A stretch of DNA of 64,000 bases from Schizochytrium sp. TIO01. Taxonomy: Eukaryota; Protista; Bigyra: Labyrinthulomycetes. Below are positions 45,215 to 57,877 of the stretch, piece by piece. Numbering within the stretch: position 1 is the first letter of the stretch; each line of letters begins with the position of its first letter. Below the pieces are notes generated by a model. That model was not told the origin of the DNA, made no database searches, and saw only the letters and a program-made list of their open reading frames with translations. The translations under genes and the position numbers were made by a program. The DNA lies in contig SMSO01000034.1 of the NCBI GenBank assembly GCA_004764695.1, positions 496,001 through 560,000 of the forward strand, written 5' to 3'.

Positions 45215-48200
45215 ATGTAGGATGGATATGGATATTATATGGGTACACATATGCATGGAGAGATGGATATGGAAAGACGATGGAGACCTGCAGACCTGGG
45301 GCCTGCGGACCCTTCTTCCGCGCCCGGAGCCGCCCCGCTCGCCTCCTCCGCCGCCTGTCCTGGCCGGCTCAGGGCGGGCTTCGTCGCGCTCTCCATGGAC
45401 GTTGCGGCCCCTTCTTCCTCCCTCCCTCCCTTCTTTCCTTCTTTTCTTCCTTCTGCCTTTGCTCTCTTCTATCTTCGAGTTTTCTTTTCATTTCTTTTTT
45501 TCATTTCATTTCATTTCATTTCCTTTCGCTTCTTTTCATTTCGTTCCGTTCTGTCTGTGAAGGAGGAGGAGATGAGAGATGATGCCGATTGCAGTTAGAA
45601 CGGTCAGAACTGCTTCTTCGCAAGCGAGGCGTACTTTACTTACGCTCAGAAGGAAAGCAAACAAAGCAAAACAGCTGCTGCGATGGAAAATTAAGTTTGA
45701 GCGAGATCAGGCCTCTCTTTTGATTAAATTTAAAATAAAACCACTTTGGTTTTTCAGTTTTGAAAGGTTTTTCAATTTTTTTTAATTACTTTTAAATTAA
45801 AAGGAATCGATTTGCTGCTCGCTCGACGGGACGCAACAGCGTAGCAAGTAGCTATGTATCCATAAAGAGGTAGAGGAATAAGAATTATCAATATCTTATT
45901 GCAGGAAAAGCTTACGAAAGGAGATATTCAGGTAAGCAAGTAAGTAAGTAAGCAGGTACAAGGTAGGTACTGGAGAAACGAGCTCCGTCGCTCTTTTTCT
46001 TTGACAGGGGTGGATTTAGGACGACATTCATGAGATTCATCGCTGTCAAGACTGCCTAAAACGCTCTGTGTAGGTACTCAACACGTGCTTCTTCTCAGCT
46101 CTCCAATCGATTCCTGCATTTCACGAATACTAGCCACATTTAGAATCCTTTTAAAGGCACGGTATTTTGTTATCATATGATAACATGATAGTTTTATTTC
46201 TTCAAACATTTTTCAAACATTTTCATTAAAAATATTTTTTTAAAAAAAAGTTATTCCTGTTTGCTTGAAAGATGTCTGCAAGCGTGTATTTTATTCTGGT
46301 GCGTGCCATTTAGGACACCTGCGCAACCCTTTTTAACATATGCAGAGGATAAAATACATCGTGTCCGAAATCCCTGCGTGTCCGAAATACCACGGGTTCT
46401 TCGTTCCCTTTTTTTGGAGATGCCCTCAGTGCTTGCTTGACACAAGCTTCAAGGCTCAAGGGCAAGAAGGCGTACGAAGTCGAGGATAGCCGGCAGGGAG
46501 TTCTGTGCGATAACGAGATACATACACTCTAAAGGGTCGAGAGCATAGGCTTTCAGGATTCATGAATAGATGTTATCTCTCCTTTTGGCGTATTCTTTGA
46601 AGCCTCGTCGTTTGGAAATACGTGCCGTGAAGAAACAAGCTCGAGCCAGTTCGAGCGAGCGCATCCTGCTCTCGGACACCCTTACTTGCGGCGACGACGC
46701 TTGGAATCCTGGCCAGTGCTAGCGCTGGCAACAGCAACAGCCTGCTGCTTCACTGCCACCACGCGCTGCCACAGCATCCAGAGCGTCAGAGCACCTGCCA
46801 TGGCGGCGGACTTCAGAATTTAGAGAAAGAGCCACGCTGCGTATCGGCAGATCCAGGCGCAGCGCAGGCAGGTCCCCAGCGTCAGGGGGGGTTCAGGCTA
46901 GGTCCAAAGAGGTCTCTGTCTTCTTTCCCGACCCCAGTAAGGCTTGCCCCTGCGGTGGCGCTCGATCGTCGGCGGTGCTCGCGTTGAACAAGGGCCGGCG
47001 CTGTTCCTGCTATGGTTCTTTACGTTCATGTATTACCCTCCTCACGAGCGGGTACTTACCTGGGACTTTCGCAATTTGCGTTCCGCAGTCCTAAATTCTG
47101 CTCGTCTTTAATTGCAATTAAACTTCGGCGCGGCATTTTCGGACGCCTCTCTTTTCGGACGGTCGTCTGTGATCACGAAGCGCTTTCCTACTTATGTGTG
47201 GTAGCTACTAGCTACTAGCTACTAGCTAGTAGTTACTAGGTGCTGCGCGAATCTGATTACGATGGTACAAAGATACCAGAGCAGAAAGTGAGAACTGATG
47301 GCACTGCGAGCTATGGCTTCTGCCTCGAGTCAATCTATTGCGGCTCGCAAGTCGCTTCAAAACACGCGGAACAGACGAACAGACAGACAGACCAACATTA
47401 CGCTTCTAAAGTCTGTGGAGCCCACGTTGCTCTGGCGGCTTTCTCTCGAATCTGTGCTGGCTCATGACTTGAACTCACCGGCACGAAGCGAGGCACGGGC
47501 CCTCCCTCTCTCCATTGGTTGGGTTTCTTATAACTGCCACCTTTTCTCTTCTCTTTGATTGCTATTATTATGATTATGATTATCAATTTACTCAACTTAA
47601 ATAAATAAAATTAGAATAAAACAGATGTTTGTATTTTATTTCTATTTTTAAATAAATGCATCTACTTGTTTATTTATTTACCTTTCATTCGTTTACTCCT
47701 CAATGGAAGCGTGAAAGTCTTTCCATTTGGACCACGGATCTATCTTTTCAAGGGCAGAGGAGCAAGCAAGCAGGTTATATGAGCGCAGAAGTGCGCCTTT
47801 TGCCTTTGCGCTGAAGGCCTTGGCAGCCTGAGATGAGCATTCGCCGCCATTCATTCATTCGCTCCCTCCGTTCGGAGTTCCAGGAATTTAGCAATTTAGC
47901 AGCAGCTTATTGGAAAGTTGTTTCAAAATATTTTCTTATCTATTTATTTATGTTTAAATTCTAAAACTAAAACTACTGCAACCAAATGAAAATTTCGTTT
48001 CCCTCATGACTGAATATCCAAATTCATTCTCTTTTCTTTCGGAGCCCAAGATGAGTGGCCCAGGCGCGAGCGGTCTCTCTCTCTGTAGCAGTCCTACGGA
48101 TTAACTTAGGAGGCCAGTAGCCCTCCGCTTTTGCTCGCCAGCGGTTCATACGAGTTCAACGCCTGTTCATTCATGGCGCCTCAGAGCTCTGAAAGGCCAC

Positions 48201-50988
48201 GTGCATTACAAATGACCAATCAAATGCATGGAACTTCACGTTTCCAATGCCTTGCTTGGGCTTTGGAGAGAAGCGAATTGGCGAGGAAAGAGCTCATCTG
48301 CTGCTGGCTGGAGCGAAAAGGGCCTCAACAGCCACGATGGGCAAGAATTGAAGAACCATTGCAGAATGTGTTGATTACAAACTGGCAGATTGATTGATCG
48401 ATGGCTCCAGAGACGTATCTATTAAAGTAAAGATAAAGAACGAGGTTTTTTAGAAGAGGCTTCTTTCGCTCGCGGTATTTTTCAGTTTTCCCATAGCATT
48501 ATGAAAGTCCCAAGGTATAGTATGTCTTGTTATTTTTTATTTACTATTTTAATCTTATGGTCAAATGAAAAATAAATTGTAACAAAGATAGCACGGCTTT
48601 AAAAAAGGTCTGAAAAGGACAAAGAGGAATATTAATTAACTTCAGCTGTTTGTTTCTGCTGCTTCACACCGTTGCCGGGGCAGAATGGGAGAAATATGGG
48701 CTCCGAGGCACGAAGGACGAGGCTTGAAACTCTCGTTCTTTGGTCTTCGCAGCCGTCTCCGCAGAGTTAGTTGAACCCTTCGGAATGAATTTTATGTCTA
48801 ATTTTGTGGCGCTGTTTTTTTTTTTTTTTTTTTTTTTAATAATTAAAAAACATTAAATAACTAATTAGCACCCATGGACAAAAACAGCCTCAAGTTGGAA
48901 AAGGGAAGAAACGGAAGCAAGTAAGTAAGTAAGTAAGTAAGTTTCGAAGTCAAGAAACGCACTTCATCGAGTAGCACTTTCAGTACACTTCTGCAGACCA
49001 TTCAAGTTTCTGAAATCCAAACAAACTTGAAGAATCGAGTCGAGAGACCTTTACATCGCTCGAGGAGTTAAAAAATCCTCCAATTACGCTCCGCCATTTC
49101 GGAGCCATCGCTCTCCTGTGTCGCCGACAAGCTGATAGATAAGCCATCCAGGACCCTTAACGGAGCGGCGGAGATCCTCCGCTACCTGCTTTTTGTTTCC
49201 TTCTTCAATTTTATTGATTCATTCATGTATTTATTTATTTATTTCAAACAGTGTTTAAAGTGAGATATAGATTCACAACATATGATACATGATGATGCTT
49301 CTCTCCTTTCTTGTCCCCTTTTCCACTTATTGATTTCTTATCAATTATAAAATTAAAACTATAAGCCCATATATCTGCTCCTTTAGAAGGGCAGAGAGGG
49401 AGTACTAGCAGCTACTACCAGTACCTGTTTACCTGGAATGCGCTTAGCTAGCTCTCTTCTATGGTCTAGGGATATTGGCTGGTGGAGACAGGGCCTGCTT
49501 GGAAAGCTGAGGTTTTTCGTTCCTCTGGCTCGTGGAAAGCCTTCTGTCTGGAGCTGACGGCTTTTCCAGGAGGCAGAAGAGGTTCGAGAGCACTAACAGA
49601 GTGGTGTTTCATGGAGAAGCCCTGAAGCCGTCCGTCTTTGAAGAAATCTGAGCTTTCTTACCAGCGCAGGGCGAGGTTTCTCCGGCAGCTGAGCAGGTAC
49701 TCCCGACTTTTGCAGTGCAGAAACTCCATTTGGGAAGGCTATAAGCTACTTGCACGGGGTGCCATAAGTCTCTTTTACAGGAGGTATACTTCACTTCCGC
49801 TCCCCTCGCTCAACTGGGAGTAGGCAAGGTTCTCCCGAGACTTGGAGTTAAGGCGGCCCTCACCGGAGTTCATCCGGGCCGGCGAAACCTCCACTAGTCA
49901 GCAGCTTTATATGGTTTAAGGTATATCTAAACTTGTGGTATACACCTCCATAGACTGGCGAAATGCCCTTGATGGGGGTATCTTGGCCTTTACTCTGTGC
50001 GGGTTGCTCAGTCCGGAAAGGGGCTGGTCGCGTGCAACCAATGTGAGAGCCATCTTTGCGCGTGTCCAAAGTACCTATCGTCCTCAATAATAATTATTAT
50101 TTTCTTTAATTGTTGTCAATATTTTTTAATTTGTATATACATGTATACACCAAGTACTATGGTATCTCACGGTATTTTATTTATCAACTCTTTTTTGAAA
50201 AACAAAGAAATGTTAAAGCTGGAAAACAAATATGAATATTTATAAATTATGAATAATGAAAAAGCCAAGGCAAAACACTATCTATATACACATTGCTACC
50301 GGCAAACTAAAACCTTCTGACTCTTTTAAGACGCGAACTGCCTCGCGTGCCTACCGATTGCCTATGCGGCCAGTAAGCAGCGAGCGCGCGAGAAAAGGAA
50401 AAAAGGAACGAGTATCTAGGCTTTTTTTTTTTTTTTAAATCATTTTTCTTTTCTTTTTTTCTTTTCTTTTCTTTTCAACCACTACTTTTCTAGTCAAAGT
50501 CCTTTGGATTCTTTCCTTCGCAGCTCTTCTCTTCTTCTAATAATAACTTCTTCAAGTCTCTCTTCTCCTCCGCTTTCCATGCCTCTCCATCATTTCGATT
50601 CCTCCTTTTCACAAACTGCTATCATTCGCAAACTGTTATAATAATTCACAAACAGAGAAGATACAGAGGCATTCCTTTTCCTGCTGTCCGTATGCAAAAT
50701 CGACAGTGGACCTATTATGACAAAGCAGTCCCCTCTAAGTGCGTAGTGTATCCGGCTTTTCAAAGTGCCGAAGCGGGAACCTAAAGTGCGCCATGATGAG
50801 AGAGAAATGACGGCGCCTGAAGTTGCCTTGAGGCCGAAGCGATTGCCGTCTGCTGTGTTGAGTCGTCGCTTGATTATAGCTCTGCTTCGAAAGCTGCTGC
50901 GTCTCCGTACTGCAGAGATCGGAGCTCCGGCCCTGCGATCGTTTTTTCAGAGTTCTTCGCTCTAGCGACTTTCGTTTTTTTCTTATTG

Positions 50989-51092
50989 GTTTGTTTGTTT
51001 GTTTGTTTGTTTGTTTGTTTGTTTGTTTGTTTGTTTGTTTGTTTGTTTGTTTGTTTGTTTGTTTGTTTGTTTGTTTGTTTGTTTGTTTGTTT
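50989..51092. repeat. (GTTT)n microsatellite, ~26 units
   Basis: Visible directly. Confidence 0.97.
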
Positions 51093-52348
51093 AAGATTTC
51101 AAGATGATCTTTATGAGTTTAAATAAGAATTTTTTGTTTGAATGAGCGGTTGAAAACTTTACTGCCAGAGTTTGTGGAGGATCAATTGCTTACTTGAAAA
51201 CATCGACTTTGAGGAGCTCTTTCTTTATTTCTTTCTTTCTTTCTAGCCATTTTGCCTTGAAAGCCGCCGCTCGGAATCTTTCTCAGCGCTTTCTTCTCTG
51301 CGTGCTGTCGTATCGTAGGTGCCTACTACTTCTTCCTCTGGGTTATTTTCCAAACAAAAAAGAAAAAGAAAACCTCCGTCCATATATCTCTCTCTCTCTC
51401 TCTCACGCAGTCTGTCTGCATATATCTGTGGAATTTCAAAAAATAATCTTCTACTTAAAAATTTATTAAAACAAATGAAAAATACGTATACATAAATGCA
51501 TATAGAAATAATAAGGCTATTTCAAGTTATTTTTATCGTCGGAAACTAACGAAAATCCTCGAGCTCACTAACTGCCGCCCGAACGCCGCAGCCAAATCCA
51601 GAGACAGGTTATGATGATGAAGATGATGATGACAACGAAGAAAACGACGTCGCGCGAGGCGTCTCTGGACCCTGCACAGACTCGTCTTCTCGGCACTCTT
51701 GAGCCTCTTCAGAGATCTCGAGCACAAGACCTTGGCCTTGGCCGATCTTTTCGCCGTGTCTGAGACGGAACTCAAGTCACTCCGAGAGCTCCTGGAACTC
51801 CACCAGGAACTGGATCTTGTGGAATATATGGAACGCATGGAACAACAATTGGGATGAGCTTGAATGCCAAGTTACAAGGCCTACGTGGGCATAAACCCCG
51901 GCAATTCTTTTATATATAGGTACTTTTGGAGAACCTCTCGTCGTGTGGTTTTCGCTTAAAGTAAGTTGTTTGTGGAGGAGGAGCAGGTACCTACCTACCT
52001 ACCTACCTACCTACCTATTAGAGAAGTTAGAGTCAGGCCTTTGAGAACCTGAATTGTTTACATTTATTCACATTTGTTTACTAATGCAGTGCAATGGTAT
52101 GTATACACGTGGTAGGTGGCCGAGAATGCCTAAAGAACCACCTGTGCAGACTGTTGCTATGCTTACTGGTGTCGCCTTAGCGAAAGTTTTATCGCCAGAT
52201 TCCTCCTCCTACGCTGGTTCAAAAACGAACTTCATTCAACACCTGAGGGTCTTGGTTTCCGTCCAATGCGACGAAAGGCTCGCTCCCGATGGCTGCCTTG
52301 CAGCACCAGACATAACCAAGGTCATTGCGACCACCAGGCGTTCTTTAA

Positions 52349-52462
52349 GTAATTTGCATCAAGCCAGGAGACCTCGTACTTGCACAATTTTGCGAGACGA
52401 AAGATCAAAACAGACGGTGGCACCAGTGTGCGTGCGGTACGCACCATTTGACAATCTCGAGG
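52349..52462 (+). pseudogene. Possible frameshifted Tudor-domain relic
   Basis: One frame reads IKPGDLVLAQFCETKDQNRRWHQ; an adjacent frame continues VCVRYAPFDNLE. Flanked by stops. Confidence 0.25.
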
Positions 52463-55294
52463 GTAGGTTAGTTTTGCGTATGCGTCTACTTTAAAAAAAT
52501 CTCGATTGCCACGTGCTGAAATTATTACTATAAAGAGTGACAGGGCATTTCGACCCTGGTGGCGACATCGTTTTAGTCGGGACTCTCAATATGCCTCTCG
52601 ATTTCTGACCTGCCCTACTCTGCTTCAAGGAGACGCAGCCTTTGAAAAGCTCCAGATCATGGGCTTTAGTTAACCTTGCAGCACCACCGCTTGATTGGGC
52701 CCGGGGAGAGCTGGCTGCCAATCCAAGGTCCTTCCGCTAGGTTGCAAGGGTTTTCACGGCGATAGCTATCTGCAGACTTGAGGGGTTACAACTTGCTTAC
52801 TCCTATGGTATGCGTTAGCCATAGGGCTATTGATGAGACTGTATGGCAGTGTACTTTGGGAGAAGGGAAGCAACAACGTGAGCCAGGCTGTCTGGTGCCT
52901 CCTGCATTGAGCACAAGCTGGCGAAGGCTGTGATGCCAGAATCGCTGCAAATGCAGCCGGGTAGGGAACTGGACCTGGCTGGTGAGTTGGTGAGTGACAA
53001 TACAAACTTGGTGGGGGTCGAAAGGCTGATTGTCCACCTGACTTTCTCACTTGGTTGGCAGCTTATTCGGTACAAATTCGGTACAATGCACGCTCATGAG
53101 CAGAGTCCGTTTGAGACCGCGTGCATTCGCCATATGTGAATAGGGGGAACCAGGGAGCCGAATCGCGGTGCATACGGGAATAATCGGTGCATAGAAAGGA
53201 AAGGAAGAATAGAAAGCCATGGGAGTACTGAAACAGAAGAAAAACACCCCGTCCTTATATATCGAGGCAATGGATTCATTCATAGTTTTGAGACATCAAT
53301 ATCATGGCTTATTGAAGTCCCTATGTTGCTCTTTTGTTCAAGATACAAAAATGCCCCGAATTATAGAGAGTTAAACACAAGGTTCCCTTGCCCATTCGTT
53401 TGTGAATATTGCAGGAATAGGTTTAGCAAGAAGTTTTATCTGGCCGGATCCTATCGTATGAATTGTCATGAGACGAAATATACATCGGGTAACTATTTGA
53501 ATCTGCTTGTAAAGGCCATGAACCGGTACATATATACCGCCTAATTTTTATTTCTCTGTTCATTAGCCCGTTCCTTTTAAAATGACCGGTTTCTGAACAA
53601 GATGCTTATTCTTCAGCTCGTGATCTATCGCTCAGCTTTCTAGTGTCTAACCTAATTTATGACGTTTTGGGTCACGCTATGGACACTCGCTCTTTCAACG
53701 GACATGGGTAGTCAACTTCGAAAATTTAAACATGTGGGAGAGATACACCTCAATCACATCTATTGAACGAGCAAACTAAAGCATCGCTGGGTCTGGACAC
53801 TAAACCTCTAGGAATCTGGAGTGATGGCGACCGAAATGACGAATCATTCACCCAAAGAGAGTGAAACTTTGATCTCTGAACTTTTGGAAAGGGACTCGGA
53901 ATCTAGAGACCAAAACTTCAAAACTTAGACCACGTGAGTGAACAATGAAGAGTGAAAGCCTATACAACAACACGACGCGTAGCCATGAAAAGCTATGGAT
54001 CTCGAAAAAGAATGAAACGAAATTTCATTGCTTAGCTTGCAAATTGCCTCTACACCCCTTCGATTTTTTTTCTGCAATTACGCGTTCCGTCTCGGTTGTG
54101 TCTACATTTATGTTGACGTTCACAAAACTGCAACACAGCAAGCCCTATGAACACATTCTATGAGCAACAAAGATACGAACAAAGTCAAACAGCCTCGATC
54201 TCCAGTGGCGTCCGCCCTCTTTTGACACTTTGAATATAAAAGAACACGTCTTCCACGAAATTCTCTTATTAAATCAGCCCAATGATATGGGATGAAGAGT
54301 CTTGGAATATTATGAGTACCTATTGGTAAGACTAATCTAAGCAACTTCAAGTTCAGTTAATACTATGATAAGATGGCAAGGGGGAAAATTGAAAATACCT
54401 GTTCGTAGTTCCGTAGCACCATTGTACCATATGTTAGGTTTTTCTGTTAACTTGTATCAAGTCGCACCCTTTTTTTCCCTTTGATTTGAGATGTAAATTT
54501 ACATTGCAATTACTACTAGCAAAACCAAAATTGTGCGATCCGTATGTTTAGGCTAGGTTCATGTGTAGCCTCATAATCTATATATAAGTTTATTTGCCTA
54601 TCGAAGAAAAACAGCAAATGTATTGCAACACTGTTTAGGACGGTGCAAAGAGGCACGAGATTCAAGATGAGACCCATCAGTCAAACTTGCTCCTATTTTG
54701 GAGCATATGATAAGTCAAGAATAGAGTGCGTTCTTCAATAGAATCAAAGGTTTGTTTACATATTCCAGATCAACCAGATATAAACGATTGCTCTGGCATG
54801 TTTCAGCGTTACAGCCTTCTCGAATTATGAACTGTTGATAGTATGAATAGTGATATAAATACTGAACTTGCTGCTGGTGAGTTGGGCAGATGGTTTTACA
54901 TCTTGCATTTGGTTGCTTATTAGCACAATAAAGTTGAGAGCGTGTTTATTACAAACAATACTCTCTTGATTCAAGTTTATTAATACAAGGGCGACAAGAC
55001 GCTGCATCGTTTTTCCGTCCAGACAACCGTCATAGCTAGCAGTGACTATAGCATCTCCTCTCTCTTAAATCTAGGCTGCTCACTAAAGCCACTTCGAATG
55101 AGTTTCTCTTTTCATTTCTCTTTTTGCTTTTAGGATTACTAGAGCTGCTGAGAATAATAATAATTCAAAGCGAGACCAGCGACCAATCCCAAATCGCCTT
55201 AATTGGTCTGGCTAGCCCGTTCCCAGCTCCGTCAGCGTGTAGCTGTCGAGCGCCTATCCCCCAGATCAACGTTTGTCCTGTCTTCATCTGAACA

Positions 55295-56188
55295 ATGTCC
55301 ACTCGGCTTCCTTGGCGCTGCGTTACGTCCTCAAGATGGGCCTCCATGCAGTCGTTCGCTAACTCTACAACTCCTGCTGCGTCGTCTGCAGTTATTCGGC
55401 CACGTTTCGGACTCGTTGCTGGTCTTAATGTGCTTGAGGACGACGTTTCACTTGTCCGCGACGTTGCCTGCGCTGTCGCAGAAGCTGCTGCTGAGGCTGG
55501 ATTGTCTGAAGTGGTCTTCAAGGCCTCCTGGGACAAAGCTAATCGGACGAGCTTGCGCAGCTTCCGTGGACCAGGCCTCTTGCGAGGCCTCGAGCTGCTC
55601 CAGGAGGCAGCAGACGCTTCGGGTTTGCCTGTTTTAACCGACGTCCATGAGACAGCGCATGTGGACATCGTTGCGGAGGCCGTGGATGTCCTCCAGGTGC
55701 CTTCGTTTCTGTGCCGGCAGACCGACCTCCTCTTGGCCGTCGCGAATTCCGGCAAGGGCGTGCACCTCAAGAGAGGCCAAATGGTGGGACCTACAGTCAT
55801 GGGACATGCTGTAGAAAAGTGCCGCTCGGTTGGCTGTGACGAGGTGGCGGTTTGCGAACGCGGCATTATGCTTGGGCTCGATCAGCTGGTGTTTGATCCT
55901 CGACAGGTGGTACTGCTACGAAGAGCGTGCGAAGTACCGGTGTTGGTGGACGTGACGCACGCATGCCAGTCTCCGCCGTCGGGAAGTGCCGGGAAGAGTT
56001 CAGGGGATTCATCTCTGGTGGCCGTCACAGCAAGGACAGCTATAGCAGCGGGCGCGGATGGCATCTTCATTGAGATGCACCCAGGTGTTGCGCCGTGTGA
56101 CACCAATGTGCAGATTAAGCCAAAGGAGCTTCTACCGCTGCTTAGGTCGCTGGTAGCAATCGAGGATGCAGTAAGAGAGCATGAGTGA
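55295..56188 (+). CDS. kdsA: KDO-8-phosphate synthase (2-dehydro-3-deoxyphosphooctonate aldolase), 297 aa
   Basis: GLNVLE, FKASWDKANRTS..SFRGPG, TDVHE, FLCRQTDLL, CERG, DVTHACQ, GADGIFIEMHP. KANR(S/T) distinguishes KdsA from DAHP synthase (KPRT/S). Confidence 0.92.
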   Translation: MSTRLPWRCVTSSRWASMQSFANSTTPAASSAVIRPRFGLVAGLNVLEDDVSLVRDVACAVAEAAAEAGLSEVVFKASWDKANRTSLRSFRGPGLLRGLELLQEAADASGLPVLTDVHETAHVDIVAEAVDVLQVPSFLCRQTDLLLAVANSGKGVHLKRGQMVGPTVMGHAVEKCRSVGCDEVAVCERGIMLGLDQLVFDPRQVVLLRRACEVPVLVDVTHACQSPPSGSAGKSSGDSSLVAVTARTAIAAGADGIFIEMHPGVAPCDTNVQIKPKELLPLLRSLVAIEDAVREHE

Positions 56189-57058
56189 ACTGTGCACGCT
56201 ACGTCAAATTGAAACTAGTGAGGTAGTAATCTTTGCGTTAGGGTTTGCGCAGGTGTGAGCTCTGAAGTGCACACAACCAAATGTCACCTGGACAATATCG
56301 TGAGTATCACCAGCAATCACCAGCAACTCGCGATGATCCACATTATTACATCATCGATAATAATGGTATCATCATTAGAGATGATAACGACAAAATGACG
56401 TCGACTGCGAAATGTTTTCGAAAAGTGCAGCGATTGCGAGTGAGATGTAGCTTCAGCGACGCACTCGGTTTTTGCATCATGTAATACCACATCTCTATCC
56501 TGATCTAAGCATCATAAGGTAAGATGGCCACATATTTCCAATCTGATGTATCCGTATATTGCACGTTTGGCGCGTGGAATGGCAATCGGTGCCTCCGGAT
56601 TGTAAAATGTTCTTTCTAGGCGAGTACTTCTCGCAATGTGTTTATTCTGTAGTAGCTAGTACTCCAGGTGAATTGAGCATTTTTTCTTATTTTGCTACTG
56701 TTTGCTTTCCTTTTTCCAACAAGTTTCATGTATGAAAAGAAAATCTCTCGCAAATGCAAATACAAACGAAACACAGAATCATATGCTTGGACAAGGTCTT
56801 GATCAATTCAAACATACATACGTCTTATTTACCTATTTGGAGTGGCGTCACCGGCAGACCAAACTTCAGACTCATCATCCCCTATTTGCTTCTCCTTCAG
56901 CTTTGCAAACCAGATTTTAAAAAGGGGGGATGTCTGTTCTCTGAAAATTTGCATCACCAGAGAAAGTCACCGCCGCATTTTCGTTCCATAGAACGCATAT
57001 ACTACTTCATATTAACAATAATTTATAAATATTTACTAAAAATACACCCTTGGCACTC

Positions 57059-57877
57059 CTATTCACAGGGTGGCGGCGATGTATCCTTGTATGCCCTAAT
57101 AAGTTCAGTATCACCATTCTGCATCCGTCGCATAATCAGTCTGAGTTGTAGAAAGCAAGCAACACGTGCAGCATTAAATACATTATGGATAGCTTCTCCA
57201 AGCTGTTTGAACTTACGAGGCGTTACGCGTGCCTTATCCATTTCATCCCGTAGTGCCTGACCCCGTGGCTCGTTCAAATTCACAACAACCTTTGATTTAA
57301 GTAACACTTGTTCCTCTTGGTCATCATACACTACAAAACCACTACCCATGATGTGGATATCATAAGCCTCAATATCCAAAATCGCTCGCGTGCGAAGCAC
57401 ATATTCATGACTGTCCTCCTCTGTCCTCAGAAACGCCACGGGCCTTGGCTCGGCTGTGAGCTGGTACATCCCTACATAATACTCGAGTGCCTGGCAGCAT
57501 TTTCCCAGAGACATTGGAACACGAGGCCACGCCCGGTCCTCAGACCGTGCTGCCCGCACGTGCAACATACGCTGTCCACAGTTGTGAGAAGTTTGTTTTG
57601 CAGCGGCGTCTGCAGCGCTGGCAAGGTAGAACCGCACGAGGGCCACGGACTCGTGTACAATCTTAACACTATAAACAAGCCCAAAATTAGCAAAGTAATC
57701 ATGTAACCAGTCTTCGGTGATTCCACGTAGTGGACTTACTGCAATAGCATGTCGAGCGTCCGGAGTCATAAAATCCACAAGTTCATTTCGTTGCTGCGCC
57801 GTCGCACTGTGAACACCGTTGCATGGCTTTCTGGTTTCTGAGCTTGCGCTCGAAGCCATGGCTGCCTCAAAAGCCAT
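57059..57877 (-). CDS. RRM-containing RDM1-like (RAD52 motif-containing 1) protein
   Basis: RRM (LHDYFANFGLVYSVK..ALVRFY...LHVRAA) followed by PMSLGKCCQALEYYVG, resembling the RDM1 'L.S.KC.ELANYYFG' motif. First ATG at 57877. Confidence 0.65.
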   Translation of the reverse strand: MAFEAAMASSASSETRKPCNGVHSATAQQRNELVDFMTPDARHAIAVSPLRGITEDWLHDYFANFGLVYSVKIVHESVALVRFYLASAADAAAKQTSHNCGQRMLHVRAARSEDRAWPRVPMSLGKCCQALEYYVGMYQLTAEPRPVAFLRTEEDSHEYVLRTRAILDIEAYDIHIMGSGFVVYDDQEEQVLLKSKVVVNLNEPRGQALRDEMDKARVTPRKFKQLGEAIHNVFNAARVACFLQLRLIMRRMQNGDTELIRAYKDTSPPPCE

